Shown: piece after piece, positions 1 to 11,300 of the stretch
How the letters are laid out: each line of letters begins with the position of its first letter
Numbering within the stretch: position 1 is the first letter of the stretch
DNA from: Mytilus edulis
Taxonomy: Eukaryota
NCBI RefSeq assembly: GCF_963676685.1
Contig: NC_092344.1
Location: 31,620,001 to 31,684,000 of the forward strand
Reading direction: 5' to 3'
DNA length: 64,000 nucleotides
Translations under genes and position numbers: made by a program
The notes under the pieces: model-generated
Seen by the model: the letters and a program-made list of their open reading frames with translations, nothing else
What the model was told of the DNA's origin: nothing
The model's database searches: none

Positions 1-90
1 ACCTTTAACTATGCACTGAAATTGTCAATGACAACAAATTTATTTGACTTTTGGTTGATATTTTTGTCACTGACGACCAAAATATTATTG

Positions 91-963
91 GATGTTTGTT
101 CTTCCTAAGCACCAAGATGTTCGACTAAACAGTTTTCTAAAACGTTGACTTCTATTTTTTATAGTATACAATGGCCTTTAAAAGTATTGTGATACGATAT
201 AATAACATTCTGGGGTTGATTCAGATGTTGATTCTTAAAAAAATCTACAGATTTATTGCAAAATCTTAGATCGCAATTACTTTTTGCAATTGTGTAGTAA
301 CATTAAGAGTTTTGATTTTACTACAATTTACATTGCTGTTCCCCATGGTATATTGTAAAATCGCCTCCACCATTTGACCAAACAGAGCTTTTCCTATAAA
401 AATGGGAATTGTAGATATATATTTCTTATTTTGGTTTGGAATAAATGTTATTTTGTGAAGGACAATAATGATTCTATCAGAATAATACATTGAAGATGAT
501 ATTATCAAAATTTTTGATAATTTTGATGTTTGTTCTGCTTAAGCACCAATATGTTCGACTAAACAGCTTTCTAAAACGCTGACTTCTATTATTTTTATAG
601 TATATAATGGCCTTTAAAAATATTGTGATGCGATATATTAACATTCTGGGGTTGATTCAGATGTTGATTCTTAAAAAATTCTATAGATCTATTGCAAAAT
701 CTTAGATCGCAAATACTTTCTGCAATTGTGTAGTAACATTAAGAGTTTTGATTTTACTACAGTTTACACTGCTGTTCCCCATGATATAGTGTAAGATCGA
801 CTCCACCATTTAACCAAACAGAGCTTTTCCTATAAAAATGGGAATTGTTGATATAAATTTCTTGTTTTGGTTTACAATAAATATTATTTTGTGAAGGACA
901 ATAATGATTCTATCAGAATAATACATTGAAGATGATATTATCAAACTTTTTGATAATTTTGAT
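91..963 (+). repeat. Direct tandem duplication, unit ~434 bp (91-524, 525-963)
   Basis: GATGTTTGTTCT...GATAATTTTGAT occurs twice with scattered substitutions; GAT microhomology at the junction. Confidence 0.9.
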
Positions 964-2300
964 CGACAATTATATTATTGAGTTTGGAGGATTGGTATTT
1001 CAACATAGAGTCGGTATCCAAATGCATACTAATTGTGCATCTCACTGGCTGAATTGTTTTTGAACTTGCTTGAAGCAGAATTTTGTCAGAACATTTTAAT
1101 GGACAAAAGGAAAGCATTTTGCAAATTCTTGAATTTTACATTCAGATGTATAATTGATGATGTCCTACCACTGAATAACCCATATTTCAATCAGGACTTA
1201 TATTTCATGTATTCCAGATAATTTGAAATTAAGGATACTACTGATAGTGACAGCTTCATACCTTGATATTCTAATCAATATTGCCACAGCGTTTTTTTTC
1301 GTTGTGATAAAATTGCTTTACTTTTTGAAGTAATTGAATAGGAACTATACGTATGGTTCCAGCTAAAAAATATCAGAAACCAGGAGAAAAGTATATAAAC
1401 TTTCAAAATAGCATAAAAAAAATCCTCTCAGCTATTCCATTTTCACGGTATCAATGCGCAAACCCAATATATGCTTACCTTGCGTATGCTTGGGCATTAT
1501 ATAAACCGTTTTCAAAAATAACATTTTCCGGACTACGGTTTCAGTGATTTGAATTTGCTTCAACACAACTATAACAATAGCAAAACTCTTGTGAAGTTTT
1601 ACGATAATCGAAAAAAAAAATACACAGAACTCTGATCTTTTGCACATAAAATGTGACATTGGACACTACTTTTTTGCATAAAAATGGGATAATCAAGTTT
1701 TATAATTCTTGGTATTCTAAATTGCGGGTTCTTTTGTTCTTTATTACCTAGTCTCATGTAATAAATTCAATCAGATATCTACTATATTTTTATCGAACTG
1801 AGCAGTCTACGTATTTATGTATATGCTAATATATAGCATAATATAATTCGTACCAACATAGTGCACACCGTTATGGTGTCTACATATTTCAGTTGATACG
1901 TTATGCTCGTGCATTTTCACACTATATGGACTTCATATACAGAAGTGTGCACTTTACACAGAAACTGATCCAACAAAGTTATGAGGAGGAAAGATTTAAA
2001 AATGAAACTAAATTTTATGGACACCATCACGAATTGGTTGATCCATACGATGTGTCTGTGTCCAAACTAACTAAGGAATTTTTACCACGTCTAAGATTGT
2101 GATTCACCATTTACGTCGTCTGGTCATAAAATTACCGACCATGACCGAATATGTCTGTTTTGCTGAGTGTGAATTCGCATTGCTATAAGACGTGTCATGG
2201 TATTTGTTTATTCAACATTCATGTATTTAGTCGTGGTGTTGCATTTGTAATTCTAATCGGATATTGTTAAATGTCTTATCGTTTTCAGTTATAATTCTAT
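91..2300 (+). mobile_element. Degenerate Penelope-like (PLE) retroelement RT remnant with an internal ~434-bp tandem duplication, interrupted at about 1270-1850
   Basis: Frameshifted translation gives pieces such as CSTKQLSKTLTS, NIKSFDFTTVYT, LIDN..EFGG..FQ..VGI and QLIRYARAFS...YGHHHELVDPY (ORF 1893-2102), collinear with the better preserved copy at 51312-51986. Confidence 0.8.
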
Positions 2301-2463
2301 ATTTTCATTTTCTATTCGTAATTAAAAGTAAAGGTAATTAATCACCAAGATCATATATACGATTTATTTGTTTTACAGACTGATTCAGAAGAAATACACA
2401 CATAGCTAAACAGTACAATTAATTATCTAATTACTAACACAATTCTTAATTAATATTCGTATA

Positions 2464-2906
2464 GAATGAAATTCAAAACAGTGTAGCTGTGGCCATTGAT
2501 TGACACATTAAAATCATCCATTGACTGGGACAATTTACGTGAACGTTTGTCTGTAACGACCACTGTTCACGACGTACCTACGATAGACATTTAAACTGTG
2601 GGGTCACTAAAGGTTTCTTAACGCCTTTAATTATAAAATAATTCGAAAAATTAATCAGGAATAACCTTTGTGTTTTGAATTATATAATTGATATAAATCA
2701 AAATATCGTGTTATTTCTGATCAATTTTTCGAATTACTCTATTTAGGTGTTGAGAACCTTTGGTTACCCCATAGTTTAAGTGTCTTTAAAAAGTACATAG
2801 TGAGCCTTGGTCGTTACATACAAACGTTAACCTAAATTGTCCCAGTCAATGGATGATTTTAATGTGTCAATCAATGGCCACAGCTACACTGTTTTGAATT
2901 TCATTC
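2464..2906. mobile_element. Foldback MITE (near-palindromic) flanked by TA
   Basis: GAATGAAATTCAAAACAGTGTAGCTGTGGCCATTGATTGACAC... at 2464 is the exact reverse complement of the end at 2906 for more than 70 bp, with weaker pairing further in; TA on both sides. Confidence 0.85.
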
Positions 2907-2919
2907 TAATTGTTATTAA

Positions 2920-3905
2920 AGAGGAGCGAAAGATTCCAGAGAAACAGTCAAACTCATAAATCGAAAATAAACTGATTTTTATATAGATAAGACTGTTGGT
3001 TTTCCCGTTTGAATGGTTTTACACTAGTAATATTTTGGGGTCCTTTCTGGCTTGCTGTTCGGTGTGAACCAAAACTTCGTGTTGAAGGCCGTACCTTTAC
3101 CTAAAATGGTTTACTTTTATGAATTGTTACTTAGATGGAGAGTTATCGCATTGGCACTCATAGCACATCTTCCTATATCTATTGACAACGCCATGTCTAA
3201 AAATAAAAACAGACAAACAGACAAACAGACAAATAATAGTACTTACGAAACAACATAGAAAAACTAAAAATAAAAATAAAGATGTGGTATGATTGCCAAT
3301 GAGACAACTTTCCACAAAAGAACAAAATGACACTGAAATTAACAACTATAGGTCACCGTATGGCCTTCAACAATGAGCAAAGGCGACACCGCATAGTCAG
3401 CTATAAAAGGCACCACAATGACAATGTAAAACAATTCAAACGAAAAATCTAACGGCCTTATTTATTTTAAAAAATGACGAAACAAGAATGTGTCCTCAGT
3501 ACACGAATGCCCCACTCGCACTATCATTTTCCATGTTCAGTGGACCGTGAAATTGGGGTAAAAACTCTAATTTGGCATTAAAATTAGAAAGATCATATCA
3601 TAGGGAACATGTGTACTAAGTTTGAAGTCGATTGGACTTCAACTTCATCAAAAACTACCTTGACCAAAAACTTTAACCTGGAGCGGGACAGACGGACGAA
3701 CGAACGAACGAACGAACGAACGGACGGACGAACGAACGAACGGACGAACGGACGGACGGACGAACGGACGCACAGACCAGAAAACATAATGCCCCTCTAC
3801 TATCGTAGGTGGGGCATAAAAACAAATATGTTAAACATAAACAAACGACAACCACTGAATAACAGGCTCCTGAGCAACATGAACCCCACCAAAAACTGGT
3901 GGTGA
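2920..3905 (-). mobile_element. PLE 3'-end fragment split by nested SINE-like and Helentron-like insertions
   Basis: Pieces 2920-2975, 3183-3275 and 3872-3905 join into the reverse complement of ~52110-52280. Inserts at ~2980-3182 and ~3280-3870 match repeats at 40688-40880 and 63864-64000. Confidence 0.7.
3481..3820 (+). mobile_element. Non-autonomous Helentron/HINE-like element with (GAAC/GGAC)n microsatellite
   Basis: Begins AACAAGA in an A-run, has a tetranucleotide array at 3690-3770 and a 3' hairpin ATGCCCC-TCTAC-TATC-GTAG-GT-GGGGCAT (3789-3817); no TSD. Confidence 0.7.
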
Positions 3906-5278
3906 TTATAAAAAAACAGCAAATATCATAATTACAAACCTAATCTTGATTGATATCTATTTTCTTTTGTAATTTATATTTAACGTTACTTTTTTGGCTT
4001 TGCTAGATTCTTGTGACGGTCAATCCATAATTCTATCATGCTGTTTTTGTGTACTGTCCTTAATTATTGTACGTTGTTATTCTGTTGTAAACATGTCGAA
4101 ATGTACTGTTGTATTGTTTATTTATGTATTTCCTGAATGTTCTTTGTACTTTTTTCCTGTCATGAAATGTTATCATCTTAGTGGAATATTTAAAATTTCC
4201 ATAAAATAATGGGGTTTGGCTAACCACAAAACCAGGTTAAACCCATCATTTTTCTTCAAATGTCTTGTATAAAGTCAGGAAAATGGCAGGAGTTATCTTA
4301 TAGTTCGTTTCTATGTTTGTTGCACTCTCGTTTGGTTTTTGTTGCACTTCAATGTTTCTGTTGTTTCGTTGATTTCCTCTTATAGTTGATGTGTTCCCTC
4401 GGTTTTAGATTGTAACCTGGATCCGTTTTTTGTCAATGGTTTTATGACTTTTAAACAGCGGTATACTACTGTTGCCTTTAATAATTATCTAAAGTAAATA
4501 AATCATCATTTCATGTCTCTAGTAACTGAAATTTAGACGGATCTTTACTTAGTTTTGATATAAACTCTGAGTCATACATAAAACCTTCAGATTATTTCCC
4601 AAACTAACATTGATGTCGTTCATGATCCAATTTACAGCTTTAATCCTACCATCACAGTTTAAGTAGATCTTTCTAATACCTTTATATTTGATCATAACAA
4701 AGGCTTGAAACAGAGTACAACAAAAAATTGCAATGCGAATTTTCGAAGGCCTATCCTACCAAATAAGAAGACTTATGTTTGAAAAATGTGTAGGTGAAAG
4801 TTAAGTCAAAAGGTTCGAAAAATCAAATCCGACCGAAAAGACAATTAAAAAACTTAATGTATACCTTTTTGTAATATTAACAGTACCAATCGTATTGCAA
4901 CAAATGCGCACATCGACATTTTGTCTCCTAAGTAGTGCTCGCGGGCAAAATATTTGACGGTTCAAAACTGTAAATAAACTCTGGATACCTGGATTGAAAT
5001 TGTATATTTGTGCCAGACACGCGATTTAATCAATTCAATAAAATGCCTCCGTTTGTCGGATTGATGTGTTTTTTCTTTATATGATCAAAATTATTTCGGT
5101 CTGACTCAAATCGAAGTAACAAGAAGAATTTCAGCATTTTTTCAATAGAAAAATAATAATGTGTTTTTTGCATTCTGTTAAAGTGAAATATTTGGCGAAG
5201 CACGTGATCCAAGGGTATTCATTTACTTAAACATATTATATTTCTTTTAAGATTGTTTATATACTGTTGCGCATATAA

Positions 5279-5315
5279 AAACTTAAAGTTCAATAAACCT
5301 TTTGTTATATTTGAT
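5279..5315 (+). promoter_or_regulatory. Conserved proximal upstream block of the gene family (core promoter or 5'UTR candidate)
   Basis: AAACTTAAAGTTCAATAAACCTTTTGT(T/G)ATATTTGAT recurs about 100-145 bp before the ATG at 17346, 18916 and, diverged (CTATAAACC), ~54533. Confidence 0.45.
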
Positions 5316-5376
5316 TATAAATTAACTAGAAGTTATGTTCAATTCAGTTTTAATAAAGAAGTAAAAGAGAAATAAT

Positions 5377-8300
5377 ATGGATCTTCTACGCCGTATTTTG
5401 TACTCTGTTTTTCTGAATTCGATACTCAGCGGTAAGTGTTCAATAACTGTTCAATAACTTTTTTTTATTAGTAATCTATTACATAACTAGAAAATGAAAA
5501 TATATATAATAAGTAAAACCGCCCTTTTTTTTTGCTTCTTACGATCGTGTTAAAAAAATCTCACAAATTTCACCAGCAGTGTGTCAGTAATTTCACAAGA
5601 CATATAATTTATCAATTTTGAGTATTTACGCCAAACTCATGTGAAATATAATCAGATTTCTCTTACAGACGTGTGGCGTAACTCACTCCAAAATAATTTG
5701 TGACATTAGTCATGTTAATATCATATATAGTATGTCATTCTCAGTGTTATACGTAATATTGTGCTGATCTCAATATATATTAGAATTGTGTCTTTATATT
5801 GTACATGGTCCATGTATTTCTGATATGTCAATCATTTAAAATTATCCTATAAAAGTATCATACATTTTAAATATAATATAAAACCTAGTTTCAAATCTTT
5901 TAAAGGGGCACTGGCTGTCAAATTCATGGTCACAGATTTGTTTCAAATTCTCATATTTGATTTATAACAATGTAAAACATTTATCAAAACTACCAAAAGT
6001 CCAAAAGAAACAGTTTACAGAGCATGGGGTAGAGAATATGTAGGTTCGTTTCGTGCGAATTTTAGTCCAGACGCCATCTAATTAACTATCGATTTGACCT
6101 CAAATGACCATATAAGCGATGTAAACATAAGAAAGATATGAATAGATTAAACCAACACGTGCAATTACATTTGTATAGGTCTGTTTGATTTTATTTTATA
6201 GATTAAACATATATGTTTCTCATTGTTTTTAACCGTATAAGAATGATTTTATATGGATCGAATAAGTAATCGAATGGTTTACCGTAGTTTCACTTTCATT
6301 GTTGACATTCTTTTTCTTTAAAAATAACCAGTACACGTACAATGCATGCGTTGTCAATCTCCAGCTAGGGGTTAAACTGAAGTTCACATGAATACGAATT
6401 TAATGAGGTCGACAGATTCACTTGCAAGTGAATTAGCAAATATCAATGTGTCTTCGCTTAATTTGATAAAATTGAACTATTTTGGCTGCTAAAAGCGAAT
6501 TATTATTTCACTATTTCACTTTCATTATTGATTTAACAAAAAAAATCTTACTTTAAATTTTTTATATATCTCGTAGCTAGTCCCCTTTAACGTTACATGG
6601 TTTCACTAAGATTTTTTTGCTATTTTCTATTGCAAAAACAAGTAGTTAATTTTGATTTCAAAATTTGAATTTGATCAAATTTAATATTATGTCCAACAAA
6701 ATGGTTGTTTTATTAATATCTAGCGGCAAAAGCATCATTCATTTTCAAAACGAGAATTTAATGAAAAAGTGTAAGATTTGCTAAATTATGTATTTTGTTT
6801 GTTTTTATAGTGATCAAGACTATAACACAATGTTGACTGCTGTTCCCCTCTTTTTGACATTTTTACCTATTATGTATGTTTGTTTGTTCAAAAAATGTTG
6901 TCAATATAACGGTATGTAATGCGACTGTTATACAAGTTAGAGGTTTAGCTATATAATAAGTTTTATAAAAATCTGGCAACCTTTGAGACGCTAACAAGAT
7001 CGGACTGACGAACAGACACACGGACGTACGCCTAGAAATTCCATGTCCCCTCGCAATGCAGTGTAAAATCAATCAGGAGCAATTCTACAATTCTGTATGT
7101 TGTTCTCTGCCAATGATCTATTTTTCATGAAACTATAGTAATTATGTTTTAGAGGAAAGTCAGATGGGACTAGGAAACAACTTAAATATTTTTTTTATTC
7201 AATGAATTAATCTATCATCACATAATTATGATAACAATATATATATATTAGTAACATGATTACAGCTGAAGGACGCCTCCGGTGCGGGAATTTCGCGCTG
7301 CATTGAAGACCTGTTGGTGACCTTCTGCTGTTGTCTGTTCTATGGTCGAGTTGTTGTCTCTTTAACACATTCCCCATTTCCATTCTCAATTTTATGTATC
7401 AATAGTTTTAAAATCATCTTTGGTAATGTCATTGTAGGTTATGACATTATTAGATATTACTTAGAGTATTAAACACCAATATATATCTCTTTGACGCAAA
7501 TCTATATATAAGAAATATGTAAACAAGACAGTGTGCGTGTGTGTTTGTGTGTGATAATGTTTCCGTCCCCACAACTATATCAATACAACAGTATAACAAA
7601 TATTCGATATTCTATTGCAATTATTTTGTATCAATGGTTCTGATTGGATGACAGTTAGCGTAAAATTCTTTATCTCCTTGTCTGTAACTAAGGAAGCCGA
7701 CATTTTGAATTGCTTAATGTATTGACATGTAATTTCTACAAAAATAAGCCATAAAACTCACATGTTGCACCTAAGAATCTTCTTTTTATCAAATTTTATT
7801 ACATTTTGAAGCGGAACAGAAGCCAGAAAACGCCCACTGTTTATGTTTGACACCGGAAGCATACCTATGACGTCACCTAGTGTAGGGACCAAAGACGATA
7901 ACATCTTTTCGCGGAATTTTCTTTAAAGAAGATTTTAAACTGAAATAATGATTGAAATTTAATTATGAACTTGTTTTGCATTAGAATAGAGATAACTGTT
8001 TGCATTAGAATAGAGATAACTGTTTGCATTAGAATAGAGATAACTGTTTGCATTAGAATAGAGATAACTGTTTGCATTAGAATAGAGATAACTGTTTGCA
8101 TTAGAATAGAGATAACTGTTTGCATTAGAATAATTAGAATAGAGATAACTGTTTGCATTAGAATAGAGATAACTGTTTGCATTAGAATAGAGATAACTGT
8201 ATTATATTAGAATAGAGATAACTGTTTGCATTAGAATAGAGATAACTGTATTGTAGTTGAAGCTTTGCGGACGTCCATCAGTAGTTTTACTGTCGCAAGT

Positions 8301-11300
8301 ACTCAAATATTCTAAAATGTACAGTCCATAAAAACTGACAAAACCAAACGATATCAATTGAAGAAACAAGTGGAAAACTTAATATAATATGTAGAACCAA
8401 AAAGCTAAATAGAAGTTAGTTTAGTTAAAACAGTATTTTATCAAATTAAAGTTAATTGTATTGGACAACAGACGGAGACTATGTAAGCCTTCTACATAGA
8501 AGTATGATACGCTGTGTCATGATTTAAATACTTCTTTTTGTAAAAAAATAAATAATCCGAATTATGTATAAACAATTATAACAATTTATATCTATCAATC
8601 TGACATAGATAAAGATTTGATATTTTTCAGTTTTGAAGAGTATGATTTATACTGTCACTACGTCTTTTCCTACACTTATTTCCAAAAGTAGAATACATAA
8701 ATTAGATTGTGAATAAACAAATACTACATTTTGTTTGGCGAACTTCAATATGTGTCAACCTGAAATAGATAAAGATTTAATATTTTTCAGTTTTGGAAGT
8801 TTATGGTGAATACTGTTACTACGTCCGTACATCCTACTATGGTTATTATTACTACGAATGTGACAGTACAGTAAGTGGGTATGTAACATTCATTTTACAG
8901 GAATTCTACAGGAATTTACAGAAATCTATTTGTCAATAACAAAACTTCGTGACCGAGATTCAAAATTATCGAACATGTAAATGGTGAATACTGCTATGTC
9001 TCCATTTACTTTTTTTTATAATTGTGATATCACATAATTTTTTTTTTTTTTTTTAATTAAAAATTAAAAGTTTATCATCTGAGAATAAACTAAAATTAAA
9101 AATAGTCTCTGAATCTGTAGCCTTAATCATTGCATGAGTTGAACAATTAAAGGGCAGGTGGTTGGGAGTTTTTCTGAAATATGTGATAACTGTACTTTTT
9201 GTTATACCTCATTTGATACACATTTTAATTTTTTTCTTAAATGTGTGAAACCCATGCAATTTTAGATATCAATTATGATAACATAAGCTTTTGAATATAT
9301 TTTCTTCGAGACCGTAATTTTGTTCATTCACTAAGCTTGTTTTTAGAAATCTTACATAACTTAAGACAAATTGACCATTACAGAGAAAATAGTTACTGGA
9401 TTTTTGATTAGCGTTCATAAGAAGATATATAATGTTCTTTGTAGAAGATTGATACGCTATTGATATACATGTACAATCCTTCATCTGGATCAGTATAGTG
9501 TGTTAATATATATGTGTGATTTACATATACTTCTTATATTCATTTATGTATTGATACTTTTTACTTACCGTTTTCAGTGGTTCCATAGCCGGGGCGGTAA
9601 TAGGAACTATCATTTTTATAGTCATCATTGCTGTCATTATTGCTGTGTGTAAAAACCAAAATAGAACAAGGGTGACAACTATTCGTACCCCTCACACTGG
9701 AGGAACTACTGTTATCACACAACAACAGCAACAACAGCAAGGTAATCGTGATAACAGAGAAGTATTACTTGATTTTCATTTATATTTTAAAAAATCGGAT
9801 TTTACTTCGATGCAAATTCTTGTTCACAAAAAAACCCAACATAAATTATTTTTAGAGATCTGCATGTATGTTTGGTATGAAAAAATGTTAAGGTTATTAT
9901 TTATTCCCATCTCGAGTACCGTATATCGTGTTTTTTCACGTGTGTTTAATAAACGCTTTATTCGCGGCTGTTAGTGAAAAGCGAACATTTGGCCTTGCAA
10001 ATTTCCCTGCCAATACCAGCATTGATCGTTGTCTGAAAGTTACATACATTGTGTTAATTATCGAATCGTTTCTGTTGTTCAACAGATGAAAAGAATGGAC
10101 CTACATAATAAAGATCTCTTTTTTCCCCCTAATCATTAATGTCCCTCTTTTTACAACACAGCAATCAGTGACATGGTATGCATTGTTAATAAGCTACGAT
10201 CTGTTAATCGGTGTCATAACCCGTACATTGTACATAAAGTGAAAAAAAATGTAGGGATATTTGTTTATCCGGTAATAATCAATCAAAACCTTAAATTTGT
10301 TAGCATGTGCATAGTCTTTAGTCCTTGGAAATTCTCCAACATATGTGTATTGTTTTCAGGGCCGTAACTAGCCTCGTTTAAAAATGAGGCAAAATGTCTT
10401 CGCCGAACGAAGCGAGGCGAAAAAATTTCGGCGAGGGGTCTGGGGGCCGCTCAAGGCCCCCAGAAGCTCTGAAAAAATTACGCAAAATCCTGCATTCTGA
10501 GCATTTCCCGGACTCTTATCTTACTCTGAAATGCAATTAATATTTAGCTATTTTTTGGGACATTTAAGGACTTAGAGACTTTATCAAAAGAAACTTCAGG
10601 TACCTCTTAAGTTGACACAAGGGATTATCTTGAACTTGTCATAATGATTCTTTCATTGTTGAAGACCCTATAGCGACTATCAAGAAGAAAAACCAAAATA
10701 AATACCCTGACCATTGATTTTTATGTATTTAGTACTTTGTGTACGACTAAATCCTACTCCGGTTCAGTATTCCTTTATTTTTCTATTCAAGCCTTAAGGG
10801 TCTGAACACCACTAAATGCAAGTTTAACCTTTCAATGTAAAAGGTCATTTGGCAATACATTTCTTCAAAAAATATGATACTGGTAGATTGGTGATATCAC
10901 TCTGATCTAACCCATGTCTTCTATCTAGTTTAACTTTTACATATAAAAAAGAGAGCCAGTTGTTTTGTATTCTTTAATATTATGTTTAATCCCCCATAAA
11001 GAAACAACCAATTTTTCTGTGCCCAGAAGCATTGTATCTTCTCAAAACATTTTGTCTCAAAATGTCTGGACAACGGTGAACATGCAGCATTGTTAAACCA
11101 CACAACCGTTCACACCGTCATCGTAGATCTTTCCCAAGTCTTGAGTCTACGCAATGCTGAAAATGATCTTTCGCAACACACAGATGTTACAGGAAGAACC
11201 AACAACAGCTTGAAGACTGTGTGAATGTTCGGATATAAGTCAAAATCAGCTAGTTTAAGCGAATCTTTCAAACTAACGCACTCTCCAGCAGAATGCACAT

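Noticed and set aside
3593-3905. ORFs with RSFV/RTNE repeats
   Set aside because: Translations of the GAAC/GGAC microsatellite in a non-autonomous element.
5180-5188. IRF/ISRE-like AAAGTGAAA upstream of copies 1 and 2
   Set aside because: Short AT-rich motif whose recurrence simply reflects duplication; not seen at the same place for copies 3 and 4.
7877-8210. Repetitive ORFs (MQTVISIL)n and (IRIEITVC)n; also considered as a CRISPR-like array
   Set aside because: By-product of a 24-bp minisatellite: no spacers, no cas genes, eukaryotic intron context.
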